48,566 nt of DNA, from positions 1-48,566 of the IMG/VR virus record IMGVR_UViG_2636415673_000004, one strand, 5' to 3'. The notes beneath the pieces are model-generated. The model searched no databases, had not been told where the DNA came from, and worked only from the letters and a program-made list of their open reading frames with translations. Source of the DNA: a virus. Its lineage: Duplodnaviria > Heunggongvirae > Uroviricota > Caudoviricetes. Shown here in pieces: positions 10,242-24,820 of the stretch; the stretch's first letter is position 1; each line of letters begins with the position of its first letter. The translations under genes were made by a program, and so were the position numbers.

Positions 10242-10882
10242 TTGTCGGTGTACCTCTCTCGTTTGCTCAGTTGTTCAGGAATATGGTGCAGCAGCTCGCC
10301 GTCACCACAGTAAATGGCGGCATGATTCGGCACCGATGAACCAAAACAGCACAGCAGCACATCGCCCGGCTGCGCCGCTGACAACGGCACCTGATACAGC
10401 CCTGTGGCCTCCAGATTATCCAGATAGAGATTCTGGCCGTTACGCCACCAGTCATCCTCACGATGAAAGTCCGGCATCTCAATCCCCGCCAGATGGTAAG
10501 CGTCCCGGAACAGCGTGTAACAGTCCGTCACCCCGTGCTCAAAGCGCCGCCCGGTGAGATGCGGCACACAGCGGAACTTATGAATCGCCCCCCGGCAGAC
10601 CAGCCACCACGGCAAATCACTCTGCACCTGCAGCCGCCGGTCGGCCTCACTCAGCCAGGGCAGACCACCGGGATGACTGTGGACCAGCGCCACAATCTCA
10701 CCCTGCATTTCTGCCTGCAGCCAGTCCTCCGGCGACATCCGGAAATAATCCTCCGGCTCACCGGAGATATTCACGCAGGGAAAATATCTTTCCCCCTCCG
10801 GCGTTCTCACCACGAAGCCGCACGACTCCGCTGGCGCACATCGCCGGGCGTGCGCCAGAATCGCTGATTCTGTCTCTGTCAT
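10139..10882 (-). CDS. K: Tail tip assembly protein K (MPN/JAB plus NlpC/P60-like), about 247 aa
   Basis: Starts MTETESAILAHARRC...; the ATG at 10882 sits 5 nt after the L stop; the 3' end overlaps I in another frame. Confidence 0.85.
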   Translation of the reverse strand: MTETESAILAHARRCAPAESCGFVVRTPEGERYFPCVNISGEPEDYFRMSPEDWLQAEMQGEIVALVHSHPGGLPWLSEADRRLQVQSDLPWWLVCRGAIHKFRCVPHLTGRRFEHGVTDCYTLFRDAYHLAGIEMPDFHREDDWWRNGQNLYLDNLEATGLYQVPLSAAQPGDVLLCCFGSSVPNHAAIYCGDGELLHHIPEQLSKRERYTDKWQRRTHSLWRHRAWRASAFTGIYNDLVAASTFV

Positions 10883-10886
10883 GGGA

Positions 10887-11585
10887 TTACTGCGAAAGTT
10901 TGTTAATGGAAAGGAAGCCGCCAAAGTTGCCGACGTTATTGCGGAACTTACAGCCACTCAGGCATTTGCTGCATTTATCCTTCGTGATATCGGACGTCGG
11001 CTGGTCATATTCATCCGCGACCGCCGGACCGCTATAACCGCACTCATCACCGCGATAGGTCCAGGTGCAGGTGTTGGCCAGCATGATGCGCCCCGGAAAA
11101 ACAGCACCATCCGTTTCCGTCGGCGTGGACAACACAAAGGAGGCACTGACCGCGCTCAGTTCGCTGCACTGCTCGACGCGCCAGCGGCTGATCACCTCCT
11201 GCTCCGGATCGGCATCACTGTTTCCGTTGACGAAATTCACCGCATCCAGAAAACGGGCGTAAACCTTACGCCTGACCACCGTTCCGCCGACCAGACTCTG
11301 CAGATCTTCCACCATCCCGGTGACCATACCGTACAGGTTAGAAACCGTCAGCGTGGGGCGCGTACTGGTGCCTTTGCCATTCAGTTCAAAACCGCTCCCC
11401 TGAATGGGATACGCCTGATACTGTCGCCCCTGCCAGGTGACCGGCTCACCTTTTTCGTTCTGCTCATTACAGAAAAAATAACGCTCTCCACCGACCTCTG
11501 TCAGATCGATTTCCCAGAGCACCACGCTGGCCGACTGCTCCGCACGGGTGCATTCATTCAGTGTTTCCTGCCGGATATCCTGCAT
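10887..11585 (-). CDS. L: Tail tip assembly protein L (232 aa)
   Basis: MQDIRQETLNECTRAEQSASVVLWEIDL... matches lambda gpL as recalled. Confidence 0.95.
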   Translation of the reverse strand: MQDIRQETLNECTRAEQSASVVLWEIDLTEVGGERYFFCNEQNEKGEPVTWQGRQYQAYPIQGSGFELNGKGTSTRPTLTVSNLYGMVTGMVEDLQSLVGGTVVRRKVYARFLDAVNFVNGNSDADPEQEVISRWRVEQCSELSAVSASFVLSTPTETDGAVFPGRIMLANTCTWTYRGDECGYSGPAVADEYDQPTSDITKDKCSKCLSGCKFRNNVGNFGGFLSINKLSQ

Positions 11586-11914
11586 CAGTTCACCACCTGT
11601 TTAAACTCTGCGCTGAACTCAACACGCAACATACTGACCTGCGACGACCATTTTGCGCAGGTCACCTTTATCTGCCTGTAACCATAAGGCGGCGTCCACA
11701 GAAAGGCCTTCCAGCCCCCGTGCTCAGCCAGAAACGACTCCAGCGCCGTGGCCTCCTCACGGGAGACATACAGCGTCACGCTGTACGTTTTCAGGTCAGC
11801 GTTCAGCCCGGCAGGCGCACGCTGGGAATAGCCATCACCAAAGCGCACCTCCCTGACGGAAGGAGCCGATGTCACATCCATCCCGGGTTTCACTTTCCAG
11901 CGGAAGGTTTTCAT
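11585..11914 (-). CDS. M: Tail tip protein M (109 aa)
   Basis: MKTFRWKVKPGMDVTSAP... matches lambda gpM as recalled. Confidence 0.95.
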   Translation of the reverse strand: MKTFRWKVKPGMDVTSAPSVREVRFGDGYSQRAPAGLNADLKTYSVTLYVSREEATALESFLAEHGGWKAFLWTPPYGYRQIKVTCAKWSSQVSMLRVEFSAEFKQVVN

Positions 11915-14472
11915 CGTCCACCTCCGGAGAACAGACCACCATCGCGCATCTGTGCCTGGATTTCATCACGGGCACCCTTGCGGGCCATGTCATACACCGC
12001 CTTCATCATCTGTGGACCTGGCAGACCATTCGTACCGTCGTTCTGAATCACCACGTTGTTGTTCTGCTCAAACCTGATACCCTCTGAACGCCGCATTTGC
12101 GCCGGACTTCCGGTGCCACCGACATAACCGCCGGTGGCATAGCCGCGCATCAGCCGGTAGAGATTTCCCACGCCAATCCGGCTGGTTGCCTCCTTCGTGA
12201 AGACAAATTCACCACGGTGAACAATCCCCGCTGGCTCATATTTGCCGCCGGTTCCCGTAAATCCTCCGGTTGCAAAATGGAGTTTCGCCGCAGCGGCCTG
12301 AATGGCTGTACCGCCTGACACTGATGCGCCACCACCGGCAGCACCGCCAATGACGCTGCCGATACTCCCGACAATCCCCACCATTGCCTGCTTAAGCAGA
12401 ATTTCTGTCATCATGGACAGCACGGAACGGGTGAAGCTGCGCCAGTTCTGCTCACTGCCGGTCAGCATCGCCGCCATATTCTGTGCAATTCCATCAAAGG
12501 TCTGCGTGGCTGCACTTTTTACCTGCGACATACTGTCCGTGGCGCTCTCTTCCCACTCACTCCAGCCGGACTTCAGGCCTGCCATCCAGTTCCCGCGAAG
12601 CTGGTCTTCAGCCGCCCAGGTCTTTTTCTGCTCTGACATGACGTTATTCAGCGCCAGCGGATTATCGCCATACTCCTCCTTCAGGCGCTGTTCCGTGGCT
12701 TCCTTCGCTGCCTGCCGGTCAGTCAGCCCCCGGCTTTTCGCATCAATGGCGGCCCGTTTTGCCCGTTGCTGCTGTGCGAATTTATCCGCCTGCTGCGCCA
12801 GCGCGTTCAGGTGCTCCTGATACGTGACCTTATCGCCAAGTGCAGCCAGCTGGCGTTTGTACTCCAGCGTCTCATCTTTATGCGCCAGCAGGGATTTCTC
12901 CTGTGCGGACAGCTGGCGACGTTGCGCCGCCTCCTCCAGTACCGCGAACTGACTTTCCGCCTTCCACAAATCCCGGCGCTGCTGGCTGATTTTCTCATTC
13001 GCTCCGGCATGCTTCTCCAGTGTCCGGAGTTCTGCCTGAAGCGTCAGCAGGGCAGCATGAGCACTGTCTTCCTGACGATCGCCCGCAGACACTTTCACGC
13101 CGGACTGCTTCGGCTTTTTCAGCGTCGCTTCATAGTCCTTTTTCGCCGCCGACATCAGCGTGTTGTAATCTGCCTGCAGGATTTTTCCGTCTTTCAGTGC
13201 CTTATTCAGTTCCTCCTGGCGGGCGGTATATTTCTCCAGCGGTGTCTGCAGGCGTTCGTAAGCCTTCTGCGCCTCTTCGGTATATTTCAGCCGTGACGCT
13301 TCGGTATCGCTCTGCTGCTGCGCATTTTTGTCCTGTTGACTCTGCTGTTCAGCCTTCTTTCGGGCGGCTTCAAGCGCAAGACGGGCCTTTTCACGATCAT
13401 CCCAGTAACGCGCCCGCGCTTCATCGTTAACGAAATAATCATCCTTGCGCAGATTCCAGATGTCGTCTGCTTTCTTAAACGCAGCCTCTGCCTTAATCAG
13501 CATCTCCTGAGCGGTATCAGGACGACCAATATCCAGCACCGCATCCCACATGGATTTGAATGCCCGTGCTATCCTGTCTGCCCAGGTTTCCAGCGTGCCC
13601 ATGTTCTCTTTCAGGCGGCGGGTCTGGTCATCAAACCCTTTCGTTGCGGCCTCGTTCGCTGCCTGCAATGCCCCGGCCTCATCGCCGGAACGCTGCAACT
13701 GAGCAACATACGCAATTTGCTCCGCCGTCACGTTATGGAACTGGCGCGCCATCGCCGTCAGCCCCGACGTCGGGTCAGTGGTCAGCTTCCCGAAGGCTTC
13801 AGCGACCTTGTCCACCTCCACGCCGGATGCAGAGGAGAAACGCGCCACACTCTGGCTGATGGACGCAATCTGAGCCTCACCGCTTACCCCCGCCTTAACC
13901 AGTGCGCTGAGTGACTCGCTGGTCTGGTTAAACGTCAGCCCTGCCGCCTGCCCGGCTCTGGACAGGACCAGCATACGATCTGCCGTCAGACCCGACTGAT
14001 TACCGGAAAGGACCAGCGTTTTGTTGAAATCGGACAGGGTTGAGTTACCCTGATACCAGGCATACGCCAGCGCACCGGTCGCCACCGCCAGCGAGGTGGC
14101 CCCGACCATCGGCAGGGTGATCGCACCGGCAAGCCCCCGGAACATGGGGATCATCCCGCCGAAGGAGTCCTTAACCTGACCACCCTGTTGCAGCAGGATC
14201 AGCCACGGACTTTGCCCGCCTGCAAGCTGCGTGGCCACGTCGGTGAACTGCGCAGGCAGCATACGCATGGCAGCTTTATACTGCCCGACGGAAATCCCCG
14301 CTTTCTGTGCAGCCAGCGCCTGCCGGTTCATCGACTGTTCAACGACTGCCGCTGTTTTTTTCGCATCAGTTTCCGTACCGGAAAAATGACGCCTGACTCT
14401 GGCCATCTGCTCGTCAAATCTGGCCGCATCCAGACTTAAATCAACGACCAGATCGCCTACTGGTTCAGCCAT
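11911..14472 (-). CDS. H: Tail tape-measure protein H (853 aa)
   Basis: Same length as lambda gpH; coiled-coil rich; conserved position. Confidence 0.95.
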   Translation of the reverse strand: MAEPVGDLVVDLSLDAARFDEQMARVRRHFSGTETDAKKTAAVVEQSMNRQALAAQKAGISVGQYKAAMRMLPAQFTDVATQLAGGQSPWLILLQQGGQVKDSFGGMIPMFRGLAGAITLPMVGATSLAVATGALAYAWYQGNSTLSDFNKTLVLSGNQSGLTADRMLVLSRAGQAAGLTFNQTSESLSALVKAGVSGEAQIASISQSVARFSSASGVEVDKVAEAFGKLTTDPTSGLTAMARQFHNVTAEQIAYVAQLQRSGDEAGALQAANEAATKGFDDQTRRLKENMGTLETWADRIARAFKSMWDAVLDIGRPDTAQEMLIKAEAAFKKADDIWNLRKDDYFVNDEARARYWDDREKARLALEAARKKAEQQSQQDKNAQQQSDTEASRLKYTEEAQKAYERLQTPLEKYTARQEELNKALKDGKILQADYNTLMSAAKKDYEATLKKPKQSGVKVSAGDRQEDSAHAALLTLQAELRTLEKHAGANEKISQQRRDLWKAESQFAVLEEAAQRRQLSAQEKSLLAHKDETLEYKRQLAALGDKVTYQEHLNALAQQADKFAQQQRAKRAAIDAKSRGLTDRQAAKEATEQRLKEEYGDNPLALNNVMSEQKKTWAAEDQLRGNWMAGLKSGWSEWEESATDSMSQVKSAATQTFDGIAQNMAAMLTGSEQNWRSFTRSVLSMMTEILLKQAMVGIVGSIGSVIGGAAGGGASVSGGTAIQAAAAKLHFATGGFTGTGGKYEPAGIVHRGEFVFTKEATSRIGVGNLYRLMRGYATGGYVGGTGSPAQMRRSEGIRFEQNNNVVIQNDGTNGLPGPQMMKAVYDMARKGARDEIQAQMRDGGLFSGGGR

Positions 14473-15303
14473 ACCGGACTCCTCCTGCGATCCCTTCTGA
14501 TACTGTCATCAGCATTACGTCATCCTCCGTCATGTCCGCCACATCCGGGGAAGCGGGGATAACTTTATTCCCGTCCGGACCAAAGCGGACGCCTCCGGCA
14601 AGCCCTGCCGCTTTCTGCATCAGCACATCATCTTCAGGCTCTTCGTCAGCCTCACACCGATTCAGCAGACTGAAATCCAGCGGATGCATCTCCGGATCGC
14701 TGAAAAACAGGCTGAGCACGGTGTACGTCAGCCCGGAAAAGTGCATATCCAGCAGAACATCATGAAAATAATGGGTACTGTAAAAACGGTGCCAGTCGGC
14801 ATACTCCGTGGATGACATCCCGGCAAGCATGGCGCGCCAGTCGGGTCGCCCCATCTCACGCGCCAGTTTCAGGGCAAAACTCAGCTCACCGTCGAACACT
14901 TTCCCGCAGAAACAGGCTCTGCAGGCCCGGCGTCCTCTGCCTGTTCAGGGGCATTATTCACCACAAACTCAGACATTCCGGACAGACGTAACACCACGTT
15001 TTCAGCCTGAGCAATTGCCTCCGTGGGCCAGGTGGTAAGCACTTCCTGCTCAATCTGCGTAATGGCTTCATTCATGGACAGCAGCTTTGTCTTCTGCGGA
15101 TGGTTATGCCACAGAGACATCGCCACCAGAAACGCCCCGCCTCTGATAAGATCCTCTACAGACACCTGCAGGTTGCCACTGGATTCAGCCTTTTTTTCCT
15201 GCTCTTTCAACCAGGCAAGATGCTCAATACGCTGCAGGGCTGACAGTTCAGAAAGCGTGACGGTCACGCCGTTATATTCAAATGATTCGGTTTTCAGGAA
15301 CAT
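14465..15303 (-). CDS. T: G-T fusion made by programmed -1 ribosomal frameshift (gpT portion 14465..14905)
   Basis: The -1 frame is open from the slippery site to 14465 and encodes gpT-like sequence (V)FDGELSFALKLAREMGRPDW.... Confidence 0.85.
14881..15303 (-). CDS. G: Tail assembly chaperone G (140 aa)
   Basis: MFLKTESFEYNGVTVTLSELSALQRIEHLAWLK... matches lambda gpG as recalled. Confidence 0.9.
   Translation of the reverse strand: MFLKTESFEYNGVTVTLSELSALQRIEHLAWLKEQEKKAESSGNLQVSVEDLIRGGAFLVAMSLWHNHPQKTKLLSMNEAITQIEQEVLTTWPTEAIAQAENVVLRLSGMSEFVVNNAPEQAEDAGPAEPVSAGKCSTVS
14899..14905 (-). other. Slippery heptamer GGGAAAG for the G to G-T -1 frameshift
   Basis: Plus-strand ctttccc at 14899-14905 is GGGAAAG on the minus strand, in G frame as G GGA AAG just before the G stop. 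Confidence 0.85.
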
Positions 15304-15318
15304 CGCTGACTCTCCGGA

Positions 15319-16059
15319 TTAACTGGCGGTGACGGTGATTTCTGCAACCGCAGCAAACTCACCATTACCGGATACAACCGGAATGTTGACCTTGCCTGCA
15401 GCAACGCCGTTCACGGTGATGGTCATACCACTGACCGACACGGTGGCTTTTGTTTTATCCGCTGACACCGCACGGAAGCTCTTGTCGGTTGCGCCTTCCG
15501 GCTGGAATGCCACGGTCAGCGTGGTGCTCTGCCCTTTCACTACGGAAGCACTGGCTGGCGTTACCGTCATGCCGGTTGCCGCTGTTACCGTGCTGCGATC
15601 TTCTGCCATCGACGGACGTCCCACATTGGTGACTTTCACCGTACGGGTGATCACTTCCTTCGCCGTCACCGCCTTACCGATACTGCTGACCCAGCCACGG
15701 AACACATCGACCGTGCCGTTCGGGAAGCGGATTTTATAGGCACGGGTATCACCTTCATTAAACCACGCCAGCAGCGCCTGCTGCCCCTGCTCTCCGGGCA
15801 TCCACGCCAGCGTGAAGCTGGTATCTCCGGCGGATTTCTGCCCCTGCCCGGTCGCGGTCCAGTCCGCATCTTCATCATCGAGATAACTGTCGTCATAGGA
15901 CTCAGCGGTCAGTTCGCCGGGCGTCAGGTCTTTAACTTTTGCCAGACGCGACCAGTCAACGTCTGAAAGCGGGTTCGCATAAGGGTCGCCGCTCCCGTTA
16001 TAAACCCACAGGGTGGTCCCGGCACCTTTCACCGGCATTGTAGGATTTGGTACAGGCAT
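15319..16059 (-). CDS. V: Major tail tube protein V (246 aa)
   Basis: Starts [20 protein letters not shown]...; matches lambda gpV as recalled. Confidence 0.95.
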   Translation of the reverse strand: MPVPNPTMPVKGAGTTLWVYNGSGDPYANPLSDVDWSRLAKVKDLTPGELTAESYDDSYLDDEDADWTATGQGQKSAGDTSFTLAWMPGEQGQQALLAWFNEGDTRAYKIRFPNGTVDVFRGWVSSIGKAVTAKEVITRTVKVTNVGRPSMAEDRSTVTAATGMTVTPASASVVKGQSTTLTVAFQPEGATDKSFRAVSADKTKATVSVSGMTITVNGVAAGKVNIPVVSGNGEFAAVAEITVTAS

Positions 16060-16066
16060 AGCGTCC

Positions 16067-16462
16067 TCACATTTCATAGGTAATGACATAAGTCAGATCG
16101 GCTGAACTCCACAGGCCCGCATCATCGTCGCGCCGGTAGTCATAGCCACTGGCCACCATACTGGTGATCAAATCTGACAGTGCCGGGATATCGCTCATCA
16201 CCGGATAAATCCGGGACTCCATCCACGAATCCAGCTCTGAATCCGGCACCTGAGCAGGCAGGAAAACTTCAATATGCAGCTCCGCCTGCCAGGTATCGTT
16301 GTCCAGCTCTTCGCCCGTGTATTCAGCGCCGGTGAGATAAACGGCAATTGCCGGAAAATCTTCCTCATCAAAAACAGCGGGGCGACCATCAAAAAGCGTC
16401 GCCCCGGTGTCATGCTTCTCCAGTGCATCCAGTACGGCTGCACGTAGTTCAGTATGTTTCAT
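16067..16462 (-). CDS. U: Tail terminator protein U (131 aa)
   Basis: [26 protein letters not shown]... matches lambda gpU as recalled. Confidence 0.95.
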   Translation of the reverse strand: MKHTELRAAVLDALEKHDTGATLFDGRPAVFDEEDFPAIAVYLTGAEYTGEELDNDTWQAELHIEVFLPAQVPDSELDSWMESRIYPVMSDIPALSDLITSMVASGYDYRRDDDAGLWSSADLTYVITYEM

Positions 16463-17034
16463 CGCTTTATCACAATCCTCAGTTGTTGTTTCAGCGCATA
16501 GCCCAGTTCTTTTGGCAGACGTTCTCGCCGGATACGGTTAACGTTCTCATCAAAAGCCTGCTTCAGTGGGGCCGCCATCGGAATTTTCACCACCTGAATG
16601 GGAAGACGATTACGCTTTTTCCTTCCCTTATCGTCATTGCCCTTCGCATACCGGGCTTCTGGCAAACGTTGCATAACATGCCAGCGCCCATTATTTAATC
16701 GCTGGATGAATGCCCGCTGATAACGATGCTGACCGGCTTTGAGTATGCTGTTCGGACGATGACCAAGCATCCTGATCCCCAGCTTAATAGCAGGGAGATC
16801 ACCGCGGTTAACGATAATTTTTGCGTTCGGATTTCTTACCGTAGCCCGTTTCAGTCTGGATCGCTCTTTAACAAGTTTTCTCGGCACCCGGGTTTCACGG
16901 GCGACCTGAGACGAAGACTGATTAATCGCCGTTGTGGCCACGCGGTTAATGGCAATTGCTGACGCACCAGGCACCGCCGTTTTGCTGATACGGCTGAGGT
17001 TTTCAACAGCCTGCTCAAGACCTTTTATGGCCAT
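16459..17034 (-). CDS. Z: Tail completion protein Z (191 aa)
   Basis: MAIKGLEQAVENLSRISKTAVPGAS... matches lambda gpZ as recalled. Confidence 0.95.
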   Translation of the reverse strand: MAIKGLEQAVENLSRISKTAVPGASAIAINRVATTAINQSSSQVARETRVPRKLVKERSRLKRATVRNPNAKIIVNRGDLPAIKLGIRMLGHRPNSILKAGQHRYQRAFIQRLNNGRWHVMQRLPEARYAKGNDDKGRKKRNRLPIQVVKIPMAAPLKQAFDENVNRIRRERLPKELGYALKQQLRIVIKR

Positions 17035-17045
17035 ACATCCCCCTT

Positions 17046-17399
17046 TCAGCGGCGACGATTAAGGACAGGCGGCACGCCCCGTCCAAGCCAGAGATGACAG
17101 CTTCCGCCATCATCCGGCGTAACCCGATCTACCCAGAAGTTTTCCTCACCGATGGTCAGCGTATCTCCACGCCGCAGTTGCCGCACATCATCAGTCCGGA
17201 CAAACAGGGACGGGCTGGAGCCTTCAACGCGCACGCCCTGTCCGGCATAGCTGATATGTTCAGGGTCATCAAAAACACCACGTATTACTGCGCCGGACTG
17301 CTCACCGGATGTCATGGTGGCTGACGTTCCCATGTACCCGCGTATCGTTTCATCGGCGCGGGCAATGGCAGCATCGAACAGGTTATCGAAATCAACCAC
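17046..17399 (-). CDS. FII: Head-tail connector protein FII (117 aa)
   Basis: MVDFDNLFDAAIARADETIRGYMG... matches lambda gpFII as recalled. Confidence 0.95.
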   Translation of the reverse strand: MVDFDNLFDAAIARADETIRGYMGTSATMTSGEQSGAVIRGVFDDPEHISYAGQGVRVEGSSPSLFVRTDDVRQLRRGDTLTIGEENFWVDRVTPDDGGSCHLWLGRGVPPVLNRRR

Positions 17400-17410
17400 A
17401 GCGCCTCCCG

Positions 17411-17809
17411 TTATTGCATTCTGGCCAGGCCACGTTCTGTCATTTCGGCTGCCACACCGGCAGAGACACGGAACGCCGTTCCCGGCAGCACAAATGCCAC
17501 AGGTTCATCCCGCGTGGCGTGAAGTGCATCGGTATGCAGCGTCACCAGTGCCACGACCGTGACCAGTTCAGCCTTATCCTGAATCACGGTGTCCGGCTGC
17601 GCTGATACCACCTCATTTTCATGCCCGGTCAGCGCATTTTCCTGGCTGAGAGGGGTGTCCTGACCGGCAATGTCATCCGTGTCATCAAGCTCCTCTTCCA
17701 GCTCTGCCACACGGAGCGCCAGTTCTTCTTTCGTCCCCGTCAGGCTGACATCACGGTTCAGTTGTTCACCCAGCGAGCGGAGACGGGCAATCAGTTCATC
17801 TTTCGTCAT
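17411..17809 (-). CDS. FI: DNA packaging/head completion protein FI (132 aa)
   Basis: Starts MTKDELIARLRSLGEQLNRDV... at the internal ATG of the ORF-track frame. Confidence 0.9.
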   Translation of the reverse strand: MTKDELIARLRSLGEQLNRDVSLTGTKEELALRVAELEEELDDTDDIAGQDTPLSQENALTGHENEVVSAQPDTVIQDKAELVTVVALVTLHTDALHATRDEPVAFVLPGTAFRVSAGVAAEMTERGLARMQ

Positions 17810-17850
17810 GGACTCCTCCACAGAGAGAAAATGGCCCCGAAGGGCCACGA

Positions 17851-18876
17851 TTACGCCAGTTGTACAGACACGAATTCATCAGGGTCAGCCAGCAGCATCA
17901 GCGGTGCTGACTGAATCATGGTGAACTCACGCGCCGGATCGCCGGTGGTCACCCAGTTTTTCGGGTAACGGGCAGAGGCGTTAATGCCTTCGCGCTGTGC
18001 GTCCGCATCCTGAATGCAACCATAGGTGCGCAGACCGCGTGCCTGAGTGTTCCCCAGCACCATCGTGTTGTCCGGCAGGAAGTTCTTTTTGACGCCGTTT
18101 TCCACGTACTGTCCGGAATACACGACGATGGCCACATCGCCATACATTCCCTTATAAGACACCGCTTTGCCCAGGTCTTTTACCGCTGTCTCCAGTTCGG
18201 AATGAGAGCCGCGACGGGTATCCAGCTTCTCCCTGACGGCTTTGAAGGAACGGAACAGCGCCCAGCCTTTCGGATCAAACACGATGATATTCACCACGCC
18301 GCTGGCGTTCAGCGCGTAGGCTTCGATATCGTCGGTCGGGTCATACGTGGACTTGTCACGCTTGCTCCACTCCGTACCACCGGACTGCGTGATGTTGTTG
18401 GCCGCACTGCGGCCCATATCCACCTCAACCGGATCGAAGGCTTCACCGGTCATGGTGTATTTGCCCTTAAGCACGGCAGAAACTGCCTGCATCTCTTCCA
18501 CCTGGGCAATGGCCAGCTCTTCGTCACGCATGTTCTGCATGATGATGCGACGGCGACGGTAAGCCGGGTCCGCCAGATTCTGCGGATCTTCATCCGGCAG
18601 GCGACGCAGGGTCATCTGCGGATTCACTTCATGCTTGGGTTTGACATATCCCGGCGTAAATTCAGAGGTGGAGCCGCCACGGGAGCGGATAACCTCACCG
18701 GAAACAATCGGCGAAACGTACAGCGCCATGTTTACCAGTCCCGGAATTTGTGAGAGATAGACTTTCTCCGTGGTGAAGGGATAGCTCTCACGGAAAAAGA
18801 GACGCAGAAACAGCGGATCAAACTTAAATTTCTGCTCATTTGCCGCCAGCAGCTGGGCGGTTGTGTACATCGACAT
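17851..18876 (-). CDS. E: Major capsid protein E (341 aa)
   Basis: Starts MSMYTTAQLLAANEQKFKFDPLFLRLFF...; matches lambda gpE as recalled. Confidence 0.95.
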   Translation of the reverse strand: MSMYTTAQLLAANEQKFKFDPLFLRLFFRESYPFTTEKVYLSQIPGLVNMALYVSPIVSGEVIRSRGGSTSEFTPGYVKPKHEVNPQMTLRRLPDEDPQNLADPAYRRRRIIMQNMRDEELAIAQVEEMQAVSAVLKGKYTMTGEAFDPVEVDMGRSAANNITQSGGTEWSKRDKSTYDPTDDIEAYALNASGVVNIIVFDPKGWALFRSFKAVREKLDTRRGSHSELETAVKDLGKAVSYKGMYGDVAIVVYSGQYVENGVKKNFLPDNTMVLGNTQARGLRTYGCIQDADAQREGINASARYPKNWVTTGDPAREFTMIQSAPLMLLADPDEFVSVQLA

Positions 18877-18931
18877 AAAAAAATCCCGTAAAAAAAGCCG
18901 CACAGGCGGCCTTTAGTGATGAAGGGTAAGG

Positions 18932-19264
18932 TTAAACGATGCTGATTGCCGTTCCGGCAAACGCGGTCCGTTTTTTCGTCTCGTCGCTGGCAGCCTCCGG
19001 CCAGAGCACATCCTCATAACGGAACGTGCCGGACTTGTAGAACGTCAGCGTGGTGCTGGTCTGGTCAGCAGCAACCGCCAGAATGCCAACGGCAGCACCG
19101 TCGGTGGTGCCATCCCACGCAACCAGCTTACGGGTGGCGGTGTCCAGCATCAGCGGGGTCATTGCAGGCGCTTTCGCACTCAATCCGCCGGGCGCGGTTG
19201 CGGTATGAGCCGGGTCACTGTTGCCCAGCGGCTGGTAATGGGTAAAGGTTTCTTTGCTCGTCAT
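18932..19264 (-). CDS. D: Capsid decoration protein D (110 aa)
   Basis: Starts [12 protein letters not shown]...; matches lambda gpD as recalled. Confidence 0.95.
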   Translation of the reverse strand: MTSKETFTHYQPLGNSDPAHTATAPGGLSAKAPAMTPLMLDTATRKLVAWDGTTDGAAVGILAVAADQTSTTLTFYKSGTFRYEDVLWPEAASDETKKRTAFAGTAISIV

Positions 19265-19273
19265 AAACATCCC

Positions 19274-19669
19274 TTACACTGGTGTGTTCAGCAAATCGTT
19301 AACGGCATCAGATGCCGGGTTACCTGCAGCCAGCGGTGCCGGGGCACCCTGCATCAGACGATCCAGCGCAGTGTCACTGCGCGCCTGTGCACTCTGTGGT
19401 GCTGCGGCCAGAATGCGGCGGGCCGTTTCCACGGTCATACCGGGGGTTTCAGCCAGCACGCGTGCCTGTTCTTCGCGTCCGTGAGCCTCCTCACAGTTGA
19501 GGATCCCCATAATGCGGCTGTTTTCTGCCGCAACCGCTGCGGTGATCTGCGCGTTCACGTCCGGTTGCGCCGCGCTGGCGTTTTCGCCCTCCGTCGCTGG
19601 CACCACGTCAGTAACGTCAGCCTGCGAAGCAGTGGCTGAAACAGTTGTTGATTGAGTCTCTTTGGTCAT
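19274..19669 (-). CDS. Nu3: Capsid scaffolding protein Nu3 (131 aa), nested in-frame in the 3' part of C
   Basis: Internal in-frame start MTKETQSTTVSATASQADV... sharing the C stop codon. Confidence 0.8.
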   Translation of the reverse strand: MTKETQSTTVSATASQADVTDVVPATEGENASAAQPDVNAQITAAVAAENSRIMGILNCEEAHGREEQARVLAETPGMTVETARRILAAAPQSAQARSDTALDRLMQGAPAPLAAGNPASDAVNDLLNTPV

Positions 19670-20573
19670 TCGCCCTCCTGAGAGACGGGATTTACGTGCA
19701 TCCAGTGCCTCACGCATAACGGTGATCGCATCGGTGCTGTTAACAAGTTCATCAGCCAGTCCGGCATCAATGGCCTCCTGACCGCTGTACACTGCAGCCT
19801 CGGTATCCAGCACAGCCTGCACGGACAGGCCGGTATATGCCGACACCTTCTGCGCAAACATCCGGCGGGTTGCATCCATCCGGGACTGCAGTGTCTCCCG
19901 GACGTCATCCGGAAGATGGCTGTAAGGGTTGCCATCCACCTTATGGCTGCCGCTGTAAATCAGCGTGATTTCCACGCCCTGTTTCTCCAGCGCAGCACCG
20001 TAATTACTGTGTGCCATCATGACGCCGATGGAGCCTGTCCGGGCGGTCTGCGTGACCAGACGCCGGGAAGCGGCGCTGGCAAGCAGCTGCCCTGAACTGC
20101 AGTTCATGTCATTGGCCAGCGCCCATACCGGCTTTATGTCACGCACACGGGCGATGATGTCAGCGCAGTCAAATGCCCCTGCCACCATCCCGCCGGGCGT
20201 GTCCATATCGAGCAGAATGCCGTCCACCATCGGGTCGCTGGCAGCCTGTTGCAGACGGGCGATAATGCCGTTGTAACCGGTCATCCCCGAATACGGCTGC
20301 AGCGCCCGCGTCCGGCTGACCAGCGTGCCGGACACCGGCAGAACGGCGATGCCGTTCATGACCTGATAACTGCGGGCCTGTCGTGGTCCGTCATCATCAC
20401 CGGATAACGCCAGCGTCGCGGGTGCCTCTCCGGCAGTCAGGCTGTCACCGGATACTGCATCCGTCAGGCGGCTGATCCCAAGCTGGCCTGCAAGCGCACA
20501 AAAGAAAACCCGCGCATAGGCGGGTTCAAGCATCAGCGGCTCATTAAAAGCCATGCTGGCAATATGCGGGAGA

Positions 20574-20593
<20 letters not shown>
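19274..20593 (-). CDS. C: Capsid maturation protease C (439 aa), GTG start
   Basis: Protein (M)TAELRNLPHIASMAFNEPLM...; GTG at 20591-20593 preceded by GGAGGAG; overlaps the 3' end of B. Confidence 0.9.
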
Positions 20594-24274
<3,681 letters not shown>

Positions 24275-24300
<26 letters not shown>

Positions 24301-24820
24301 TCAGCAACCCCGGTATCAGTTCATCCAGCGCGGCTGCTTTGTTCATGGCTTTGATGATATCCCGTTTCAGGAAATCAATATGCCGGTTATCCAGCTCAGG
24401 AAAACGTCGCTGCACCGACAGAGGAATACCGTCGAGAATACTGGATATTTCCCTTGCTATACGCGACAGCACGAAAGTACAGAATGCGGTTTCCACCACT
24501 TCAGCCGATTCTTTGGCATTTTTCAGTTCCTGCGCCGTCGCCTGAGCACGAGTCAGGCGATGGCGCTCAAATTCAAGTGTTCCGGGGTGAAGATCTGCCT
24601 CGCTGGCCAGCCGCAGTTCTTCAACCTCCCGGCGCAGCTTTTCGCTCTCAATTTCAGCATCCCTTTCGGCATACCATTTTATGACGGCGGCAGAGTCATA
24701 AAGCACCTCATTACCCTTGCCACCGCCTCGCAGAACGGGCATTCCCTGCTCCTGCCAGTTCTGAATGGTACGGATACTCGCACCGAAAATGTCAGCCAGC
24801 TGCTTTTTGTTGACTTCCAT
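24275..24820 (-). CDS. Nu1: Terminase small subunit Nu1 (181 aa)
   Basis: MEVNKKQLADIFGASIRTIQNWQEQGMPVLRGGGKGNEVLYD... (winged-HTH); overlaps the start of A. Confidence 0.95.

Noticed and set aside
10883-10957. Longer start (10957) for K given in the ORF track
   Set aside because: Would overlap L by 70 nt; the ATG at 10882 sits just after the L stop and begins the conserved MTETES sequence.
10881-11681. 266-aa plus-strand ORF
   Set aside because: Antisense to L and K, which are confidently identified; no RBS.
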